From: Podarcis pityusensis
Taxonomy: Eukaryota
DNA: 64,000 nucleotides
Reading direction: 5' to 3' (one strand)
Assembly (NCBI GenBank): GCA_964106645.2
Contig: OZ067040.1
Shown in pieces: positions 43,701-54,900 of the stretch. A model generated the notes under the pieces. That model was not told where the DNA came from. It ran no database searches and worked only from the letters and a program-made list of their open reading frames with translations. The number at the start of each line of letters is the position of its first letter. Position 1 is the first letter of the stretch. Made by a program: the position numbers and the translations under genes.

Positions 43701-46700
43701 GAGAATTAGCATTTGCCCTCATGAAATGACACCAGCTGTTGGCGTTGCAATGCATGTGGGATGGATTTGCAGCGCAGTCCTATTCACATTAGGGACGCGG
43801 GTGGCGCTGTGGGTTAAACCACAGAGCCTAGGACTTGCCGTGACGGGATGAGCTCCCGTTGTTCGGTCCCTGCTCCTGCCAACCTAGCAGTTTGAAAGCA
43901 CGTCAAAGTGCAAGTAGATAAATAGGTACCGCTCCGGCAGGAAGGTAAACAGTGTTTCCGTGCGCTGCTCTGGTTCGCCAGAAGTGGCTTAGTCATGACC
44001 CGGAAGCTGTACGCCGGCTCCCTCGGCCAGTAAAGCGAGATGAGCGCCACAACCCCAGAGTCGGTCACGACTGGACCTAATGGTCAGGGGTCCCTTTACC
44101 TTTACCTTACCTATTCACATTTATGGAAAAGTAGGTCCTGCTGAGTTCATGGAAGCTACTCACTAGTAAATGTTCTTAGGATTACAGCCTTAGTTGCACT
44201 GGAAATCATTTGGTTCTATAGAGCAAAATAAAAAACCTACAATCTGTTGCCCCCTCTCACTCTGTTAAGAGAGGGCAAAATCCATTATTCATCCCAGATT
44301 ATAAAGTCACCATGACAAGAGGTTGAGTTTAGCACCAGTCTTGGTGGTGTCTTCAAGTACAACTATTTACCTCTTCCATATAAGTGAATGTCTGCTATTT
44401 ACTTCTCTTGGGAAATGTAAAACTCTACATTTAGCAACATGATTATAGAGTATCATGCCCATTATGCTTGATACTGTATGACTTAGGCAGCACCAATGGG
44501 ATCTTCTTGGAAGTATTAAATGTCTCCTCATTCAGAGTACACATAGATGCATTGTATCTTCCTAGGACTTCCTTCAGCAAGCCTTCCCTCAACATGCAGC
44601 TCACCTATGATAGGCTAATACTAAGAAGAAAATAGGAGCATATGGGTTTGTTACATCAATTTAACATCACTAACTAAATCTCACCGGCCTTGCTATTCCT
44701 TTTCTAAAGAGATTTTGCTTTAAAAAATTCTTGTTTTGATAGGCATGCAGATGGATCGATCAAGTTTTGGGATGCCTCTGCAAGTGAGTGTTTTGCTAAG
44801 TTGTGGAAGAATTGTTTAAAAAGTGCTGCTGTGAAACTGTTGCCTTATAGATGACATCTTTTGGGGTTTACTGGCCTTGTTTGCTCAAATCTGCTGTACT
44901 TAATTCCCGTCAGAATGAATGGTCCTAAATTAGTTGTGACCAGGAATAGCCAGCATCTGCAGAACTGCCTCTCCCATAAGAGGTGGCATTGCTTCTTTCC
45001 AGATTGCTGTAGGGGATGAGGCAGGGTGGCTGTGAGGTTCAGGCTGTAAAGGCACACCAGCAGGAGAACCGTATGGGCTCTGCTAGTGTGCCCTTAACAC
45101 CACAATCCCTTTGCCCTGCCTCTGTGACTAAATTGTCTGCTCAGCTTAAATAGGACTTGAGTGTAATTAACCTCTGAGCCAAAAGTTTGATATGAAAGAC
45201 AGGAAGTGAGGAAGGTGATGGAGGAGATGAGGTTTCAAATCATACATGATAGTTAATTGATATCTCATAAGCAACCCGTATCACCTCCTTGAAACACAAA
45301 TTGAAATCCTGGAGCATAGAAGGTGCTGTAACACTATTTTATATATTTTGTCTTAATGCCATTTCATAATTGAGGGCACAATCCTTCTCTGCATAAGGGA
45401 AGGCTGCCAAGCCTTTCTGCTTCTGTGCCCTTTGGATTCTGGCCATAATACACAATGCCCAGGATCCAAAGGGCTGCATGCAATGATTTGCATATAAATT
45501 ATCAGGCCCCTCCTGGCCCTTGTCTTCCCACTGAAGTTCCTCAACATCCTGAAAAGTGCTATATTTTGGAACCACATGTGTGCGGAATACAAATTGATAC
45601 CTATCTCACTAGCAAACATGCACACATGTGCATGGAATGGAAATGTGAATACACATCACCCGCAGAGGAACTTTCAATCGTGAATGGAAATGTGTATTAC
45701 CATTGTTTCAGAATGGCCTTATTTGAACAATATTTTTGTTTATAAAATTACGTTGGTTTTTACATTTAACTATCTTTATTTTTTATTTTATTCCTAGTAA
45801 CATTGCAAGTGCTGTACAAACTAAAAACAGCTAAAGTCTTTGAAAAATCAAAAAATAAGGACGACAGACCTAGCACAGACATAGTAGATGAAGACCCATA
45901 TGCCATTCAGATCATCTCATGGTGTGCAGAAAGCAGGATGCTGTGCATTGCAGGAGTTTCTGCACATGTCATTGTTTACAGATTCAGCAAACAAGAAATT
46001 ACAACAGATGTGATTCCGGTAATTGACAGTTATCTATATTGGACATGCATTTATATATTTGTTAATCCCTATATTTAGCCAATATATAAACTAGTAATAC
46101 TAACTTGAACATTTTTTTGACTAGTTTGTTCCATGCTCAGTGGTTATGTCACTTTCTTGGGAATAGGATTTGCTGAAAACATTAGGCTTACTCATTACAA
46201 ATACAATTAAAATTTAGCTGAAAGCCATTTTATTTTGAAAGTGATAAATTGAAATTAGATTGAACAAATTAATCTTGCATTAGATGCTTGCTTAAAGGTA
46301 AAATCTCATAGTAGCTCCTTGGTCACATGTACTTTATACCTGGCCTTATGAAGAGAGTGCAGCTAATATTTTTATATAGGTTTGTTCAGTTTTTTTCACT
46401 CATTAAATCATAGACTGTGGTTGGAGGGTTTCATAAGTTGTTCATAATCAAATCAAAAAATTGATGGATGAGGCAGACTGTTGACCCATATCAGTAAATA
46501 TTTGGGAGGGTTTGAGAGCACCGTAATGCTTTGGTTGTCTTCATCTGGATTTGAACAGGGAGGGTATAACTTGTTCATTATCTGTATTGCCAATATAGTA
46601 CAGGCATAGGCAAACTCGGCCCTCCAGATGTTTTGAGACTACAATGCCCATCATCCCTGACCATTGGTCCTGTTAGCTAGGGATGATGGGAGTTGTAGTC

Positions 46701-49700
46701 CCAAAACATCTGGAGGGCCGAGTTTGCCTATGCCTGATATAGTATCATGGTATTTGATCATATTTTCTGGATCACCTGAGATGGATGTCCACAGTGCTCT
46801 TCAGCTATGGAGGGAGAATGTTCAGCAGTCCTTCTCAATATACACATGTCGCCCAGCTTTATTTGTTTCCATCAAACCAAGAAACAATTGTTTGTGCATT
46901 TAATTAATGCCTGAACATAATGTAGTTATGGACTGGACGAGCACTAACAAATTGAAGCTTATTCCTGATAGGAATGATGACAGGACCATGATGACAGGAC
47001 AATCTAGGTCTATAAAGATGCCGCTATTTCCTCTCCTAGATGGGGTTACATTGCCTTTAAATGAGAAGGTGCACGACTCCGAAGTATTTCTTGATCCTGT
47101 GTTACTGCTCAGTTCTGAGGAGGTGGTCACAGCCCACAGAATCAGCTGCAAGTGTTTTTCTAAAACAGGAATGGCAAATCGGTGCCGTTCTAAATGTTAT
47201 TTACCTGCAGCTCCCAGCATCTCTCAGGATAGTGTCAAACAAACCTCATAGTACTCTTGGTACCTTATTGTCTGGTATTTGATTGATACATTGCAGCTTG
47301 ATACTGTGGTTGAGGCCATCCACTTGTCTTTAATAAGAAGTTTTGTATTTAACTTTGTGAAAGTTGTTGAGACCAAAGTAGTGAATTGGCAACTGCAAAA
47401 TTTGCAGTGCAAAGAACTCTCGGACTGTGTCATGTCTTCTCCATTGTCATTTGCAGATGCTTGAAGTACGGCTATTGTATGAAATAAATTACATAGAGTC
47501 TCCAGATTCTGAGCAAGTGCCACCACTGCCTACTCCAGGCACAGGTTCCAACCCTCAGTCCATTGCTCCCCAGTCTCATCCATCCACTAGCAGCAGCTCA
47601 TCTGATGGGCTTCGGGATAATGTTCCATGTTTAAAGTAAGTGTAAGGCTAGTATTTCTAAATACTGTATCTTACCTTCATAGACTGCTTAATCTTATTGT
47701 AGAAAAAAACTTTTGGCTTTTGACATGTGCTGCTTTGGGATATGGTTACTCATACCTCCTCCTAGTGTATGCTTTACAAAGGTGCGCTAATAGAAGACAC
47801 ATGTATTGAGCTTGTATCAATGTACAAAGTAATTATATATTGCTTACAGGAGCCTATGAAACCACCTATGTGTTTCAATAGCTGTATTCGCCAAAGTTTG
47901 ATATATAGCAACTGCAGCTTTTCTTAAAAAACAGCATGCCCGTTCTCAGTCCTCCAGAGAGAACCGGATGCCAAATGCCCCCAACTACACATGTAACTTA
48001 GAATCTCCTGCCTTATCTCACTTTCCTGTGTCCTTTCCTGTACTGTTTCCTATTCCTTCATATTTGAGATAGAGATTAAATTATGAGCCTGCAGATTCCT
48101 GGTTCAAATTTCAGTTGAGCCATGGACTCAATAGATTAATTTAGGTAAGTTACCAACTCTCAAGTCTAGCTCACCAGTCATGATAAGCCACCAAATTCTA
48201 CTTTATTGAGACTTGGCAGAGAGCAGAACTAATTGCACTGTGAAATGCTCTTTCCTCTGCCATATGTGAAGCAACATCTATCAGTTGCTTTAGACACTTT
48301 GTAAAGACATACCATTTTGTCCTGGCAGTCCCTGACTCATAAGATTGGTCTCTGTTATTACTGAATTTCTGTTCTTATAAATGCTTTAAATTAAAGAAAA
48401 ATAAATAAATGTATAATAAGTATTGTGAGTCCTTATGATATAATGCTTAATTTTGCAATCACTTCAGCAAATTATAGTTTGCCATTTCACCTTAACTAAG
48501 CAAGCTCTGCTGTATGCAAACCATCATTTACATGCCAGGATCAGAAAATATGTTAAAATGTGACTGATTAAGCAATTTATGTACACCGGGACTGGGGGGG
48601 GGGGGGAATGTGCTCTCCAGTGCTTGCATGTGATCCTTCTCAACATCTGAACATGGCCACTTACATTAAAAAGTCTCCTCCACATCATATGAATCTGTTC
48701 CAGAGTAAGCATTTGAAGCTGTACTAACTTGTAGTAAGAAATACAACCAGTCATGAAATATTCCCACTCTAGTAAAATTTATTGGCAGACTTCCACAAGG
48801 ATAAATGTTGTCTACCTTTCCTGTATATTGCAGAGTTAAAAACTCTTCCCTCAAGCAGTCTCCAGGCTACCAGGTTGAGCTGGTTATCCAGTTAGTATGG
48901 GTGAGTGGAGAACCACCTCAGCAAATAACAAGCCTTGCAATCAACTCTGCCTATGGCTTGTAAGTATATTTGGTGCTGTGCTTTCTCTTCCTTAAATCCC
49001 ATTGTCCTATTGCAGAAGGAATATGACATTACTGCTAAACTACTGGCTTCATGTTGTTTTGATATGCTACTTGTTTCCATGTTTTCAGTAAAAAGGTACT
49101 TAAAGGGCCTTCTCATTTATTGTGTTATTCAGCCACAAACACATTTCAGTCTTTGTCCAAGGTTTGCTTTCATTACAATAATGTTGTACCATCTTTGTAT
49201 ATTACATGGGGAAGATAGCTTCTGCTGTTAGATGTGTACACAGCACTTTCAGAAAAGTCGACAAAGGGTTCTCAGCATAGAACACAATCTTCTGGGCCAT
49301 CTCTGATTTCTTGAATGTCTGGTATATTTTTAGACTGCCAGCCATTTTGTGAAGAAGCTTTTTTTTGTTTAGTTTTTTGGTTGTATCTAGGCTAGGTGGA
49401 CATTCAGAAAGAATATGGGAGAATGCAATAATGTGCTGCTGTGACAAGCAGATTAGTCAGTTGTCGGAGATTAAAACAAGATGGTGAGAATGAAGTAATT
49501 GAATGTTGGATGTACAGTGGGGTATTCATTTGGGTAATTGTAGAGCAGAAGGTTAGATGATGTGGCTAAGACAATCAGACCAGCATACGAAACCTCTGGG
49601 TGAGGCATGGAGGTATAAGACGTTTTGTAAAAAGTAGAAGTACAGAGTCATCAGTGGTGATGAGGCAAATCTCAAGTGTAGCAGCCAGGAATGGGGAAGA

Positions 49701-50719
49701 TTATATTTTTGTATTCTTCTGCAGCCAGATGGTGGATTGTCTCAGCTCCCATTATATAGATGTGAAAATGCTTCCTTGGTTAATCGCAACAGTTCAGAAT
49801 CAAAAATCTCCTGTTGGTGTTTCCAGCTCATTCTGTTGTTTTTATCTTGCTTGTTGTTTAGAGTTGCATATTATTATGTATTGTTCTTACTGCCTATTTA
49901 CTTAAACCTGTTTTATAAGAAATAAATATTAATGTAAAACCATGCCAAATACAAACGCATGTCAAGGACAAACTAACAAGGCAGCTATTAGCTTCTTCCC
50001 GCACTGCAACAAAACAGTTACCCTTGAGTAAGCAGTGGACTGTAATCATTTTATGTCAGGTGGAGGTTTGCTATTTAGTAAGGCAATAGTGTATTGGTTT
50101 TATTCTCAGTAACTACTACTAAAATAAATTGTTCTTTGAATAGTTTTTCATGCAAGCTTACATTTCTAAATGTTATATAGATTTTAGATTTTGAAAAATA
50201 ATCAGTTCAACTAATTCCTAAAAATGGAAAGTAAAATGTTGTACTTAACATAAGCATATATTTGGATATCAATCATTCATTGCCATCATATTCTTTCTAA
50301 TAAATTTTCTTTCAGAGTAGTTTTTGGCAATTGTAATGGTATCGCAATGGTTGATTACATCCAAAAGACCACACTTTTAAACCTTGGCACCGTTGAGTTG
50401 TATGGTTCTAATGATCCTTATAGGAGGGAACCCCGATCTCCACGTAAAAGCAGGCAGCCATCTGGAGGTAAGGTCCATACACTTGATACTTGCTGATCAA
50501 TTTTTGTATTGGTCTTCTGCTTACCGGACTGCAAGCTGATTAGGAGTGCATGTGACTAGCTTTTCCCTTGAAAGGAACTTGCACAAACCAAAACGTTTAT
50601 ATGTTGATAATATTCTGTAGGGGCTTCCTTTTAGAAAACATCATCTGATTATGGTAGGCAAACAGCCTTCATTTTAAGAGTATTCCAGACTGCCAAATTT
50701 AGCATATATAATAAGCACA

Positions 50720-50759
<40 letters not shown>

Positions 50760-51937
50760 TACCCCATTTCCCTCAGCCACTGTGGGCAGCTTACAGAACA
50801 TATATAACATAATAAAATGTCAAACATTGGACATTTCCCAATACAGGGCTGCCTTCAGATGTCTTTTAAAAGTTGTGTAGTTCTTTATTTCCTTGACATG
50901 GGGGGGGGACACATTCCACAGGGAGGGTGCCACTGCCTAGAAGGCCCTCTGCCTGCTTCCCTGTAACTTTACTTCTCACAGTGAAGGAACTGCCAGAAGA
51001 CCCTCTGAGGAGGACTGGGCTGAGTGATGGGGATGGAGATGCTCTTTCAGGTATACTGGGCTGAGGCTGCTTAAGGCTTTAAAGGCCAGCACCAATACTT
51101 TGAATTGTGCTTGGAAATGTACTGGGAGCCAGTGAAGATCCTTTAGGACCAGTGTTACATGGTCCCAGCGGCCACTCCCAGTCGCCAGTCTTAGCTGCCA
51201 CATTCTGTATTAGTTGTACTTTCTGAGTCAGCTTCAAAGGTAGCCTCCCCAGTATAATATTCTACTTCATTACTTTCTATACAAAAAGTGTTATTCTTTA
51301 CCAAGGTTTATGTGCTCACATCAACCATCTTCCATTGTCTTGCCTTTCCCTGTTTGAGATTTACTTTTCGTCTTCCTTTGTGCTATCACGCCCTGTTATC
51401 ATGAATGCCCTGTTAATTTATTCTGAACTAACTGCTTCACAGAACCACTCAGCACTTACCCCATTCATTTTTTGACACAATTATTTTAGCATGCTGTATT
51501 TGATCTGTTAAGGTATGTATTGGCACATGGAAGCAATCACATAAATTCAGCAAACCACAAGCCTAAAATTCTCAGAGGAAAAAGTGCATATGAACAGAAA
51601 ATTTTAGAGGTGCTTCATACCTGAAGATGTGGACAAGCTGCTTGAAGAAGTGCAGCCAACCAGCTGCCCTTTGATCCTTGCCCAGCTTGGCTTCTGAGAG
51701 CTAGCCGTAGACGGTTGGCTGGGATTGCAATGAGTGATTAATGCTTCACTTGAGGAGAGGGACTGACCACCTGCCTGGAAGGACATGGTGGTGTGGCTCC
51801 TCCTTAGGAAGACATTTTTGGTCCCAGAAATGTTAAATTTTACTGTATTTTTACTGTATTTTACTGTATTTTTGGTTTCTATGGAAGCCGCCCAGAGTGG
51901 CTGGGGAAACCCAGCCAGATGGGCAGGGTACAAATAA

Positions 51938-51985
<48 letters not shown>

Positions 51986-54900
51986 CACTATTGCCCAGTA
52001 CCAAATAACTTATTTTTGGACAACGCTTGAGAGGGTTGTGGCAGTACAGCTTTAGACATGCTTGGAAAAAACTCATCTCAGCTATCTGCCAATCTCCCAT
52101 TCCCACCACCCTTCTGAGTAATACCCCTCCCCACCTTCTCACTATATAGAAGGATCTGGCAACTTCTGTTTCAGTGTATCTGAAGAAGTGTGCTTGCACA
52201 CGAAAGCTCATACCAAGAACTAACTTAGTTGGTCTTAAAGGTGCTACTGGAAGGATTTTTTTTATTTTGGAAAAAACTCTTTGCTTAGATCCATTTTAGT
52301 CTTGCTTTAGGCCCAGTTATGGTACTGAAGCCACCTTGGACACCCTGGTTGATGACATTTGTCAGGAGAGAGGTGAGAAGAGTGCAAGCCAGCTCATTCT
52401 CCTTGACCTCCCACTGTCCTTCTGGATCATCTCAGGGAGGTGGGGGTTGGGGGCACTGTACTTCAGTAGTTCCAATCCTTCATCCAGGGCTGTTTCCAGA
52501 AAGTAGTTATGGGAGGCTACTGTTATGTGCCATGAGAGTTGCCCTGTGGTGTCCTGCAGTATTCTATTTTGTCCCTGGAACATCTATATGAAGCCACTGG
52601 GAACTGCCATCAGGAAATTTGGTGTCACCAATATGCAGATGATACCCAGTTCTGTTTCTCTGTTGGATATGAATTGGGAGAGATAGTCAAGATGTTAGAC
52701 TGATGCTTAGAGGTGGTGATGGACTGTGTGTGAGCCAATAAACTGAATCAGAATCCTGAAAAGAAAGCAGTATTATGTGTTCCAGGTTCTTGATTCTGGG
52801 ATGTGAGGACCTGTCATGGTTGGGGTTGTACTTCCCTGGACGTAGCATGTCCATGGCTTCAGGGTGCTACTGAATTCAGCCTTATCATTGGAGGCTCAGT
52901 TGGCCCTGGTAACTAGGTATGCCTTTTTCCAGCTCTGGATGCTTCACCAGTTACAGTCTAATTTGCACAGAGACAACTTGGCCACAGGACTCCATGCTCT
53001 GGTAACCTCCAGCAGCCAAACTACTGACTGGGGCTCCCTTTAGAACTCACATAAGCCCTGTTCTAAAAGAGCTGCACTGGTTGCTGGTTTATTTCTGGGC
53101 TTAGTTCATGGTGCTCACTTAGTCCCCAAATATCTGAAAGACCACCTCCTTTCCTGCAGACCTTCTTGGGTGTTAAAATCCGCGAGGTTGGTAGTTCCAC
53201 TGTCTTTAGAGGCCTCAGGATGTGACCTGAGATGAGAGCATTCTCTGTGTGGAATACCCTCCCCACAGAAATATATCTCTGTCACCTTCATTATACAGCT
53301 TTTTGTCATATGCTTAAAGACACCTGTTTTGAGCATAGTTTTAATCTTTTTTTGAATGCTCTATTTTCTATTACCCTGGGACCTTTTAGTGTAACCAGCC
53401 CTGGGACCTTATAGTGTGCAGTAACCACAATACACCATTCTTCCACAGGAGGAAGAATGTGAAAGAAGTAAAAGTGTAGTGAGAACATGCTTCTTCCCCC
53501 AAGTGTTTGGGGATATATGTCTCTGCTTCAAATGCCATGTTTAATGTGGCACACTTCCTGTGAAGGTCATTGGTTGAGTATTGGCTCCACCTGGTGGTTG
53601 AAGGTGGGAACAGAACTTGTGGGAAGTAGGCAGCTCCTGGTTGACTCTTGCCTTCATCAAAGTAGTCACATTGCTTTTGAGCTCCTGTTCTTCTCAGGTT
53701 TTCTAAATTCTACTTTTTCCTCTTCATTCCAGTGTTTGCCTTCCTTTTAACGGTTTCTGAGCCATCCCATTCTCCCTTCAGTATACCAGGGCAGTATGGT
53801 TGTCACTCCTAACCTTCTCTCCTCCTCACGACTGCTCCAGCACTTTCTTCTCTAGCCTGTCTCTTTTCACCTGAGCCCTTCTTTCTTGGCTGTTTTCTAC
53901 ATTCTTTGCTGCTTGCATCTCTCCCATAAATAGAACCCCTTTGCCTTGCCTGCTTGCCTTCTTTCTCTCATCCTGATTTCACCAGTAATTGCTTCAGTGG
54001 AGGATGGAGGCAGGTTTGTTGGTATTTGAACCTCGGCGATTCTTCTTCACTATTTTGGACCACTGCACTTTCTGGTTTGGTGTGTGCTATGTATCCATGC
54101 CTCAGCATTCTGGCTTTCTGAAGAGTAGGGATGGCAGTCAGTGTGCTCTCTGGTGGCAATAGCCACGCCTCCTGCCCAAACTCAGCCTTTGAATAAACTT
54201 AAAGTGCCTGCTAAGGCAGCTTTTCCTTCTTCCTCTAAATGTAAGACAAAGGTCTTAGCATTTTGCCTCATAAACAAGCACTAAGCATCTCATAGGCAGC
54301 CGTTATCCATGGAAAGGGATGAATCCATTTATTGTATCTGTGAACAGTCTGGACCTTTAACAACATTTGCCTTCACCATTGCCTGGGCCTGATGGGTTTT
54401 ATCTCTCATGACTCCCTCTCTGTGCCTTTGCTCTGCAATGGCCTTAGATGTCATTCCCCTCCTCCAGAACTTACCTCAGCACCATTTAAGGGGGCATCTG
54501 TTCTTGTTGAACCAAAATCCTTTACAAAGTCCATACCATTTCCTTCTACTTTTAAAAAAGATCCTGAAGGCAGAGAGGGACTCTGTGTCCTTGTAGTATA
54601 AAAATACGTTTCATAGTTAATTAATACTATAGTTTAGAGCCTATTAGTAGAGGTTCAGTAAACCGCTGTCTTCTTGGGCCTGGGCTTATTGTACACCGTT
54701 CCTTGATTTCTGTTCTTACCTGGGCCCTTCATAAAATCAGGGAGGAAAAGCCACAGTGGTCCTTTTAGCTTCCTTCTGGCCTCGACATCTGTGGCCGTTG
54801 GAGATCCTGATCATGGCAGTATCTCCATGGCACCCTCTTTGCTGTCTAGATGTCAGAACTGCCTACTTCTCACAAGTTCTGTTCCTGCCTTTGACCGTCA

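Larger units (their letters stand above)
51610..53410 (+). mobile_element. Old degraded L2 LINE (RT region), interrupted by two younger insertions
   Basis: Decayed PEDVDKLL...LDPCPAW, LERVVAVQL, LDPF.S.FRP.YGTE, HQYADDTQ and LKELHWL motifs in colinear order. Confidence 0.8.
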
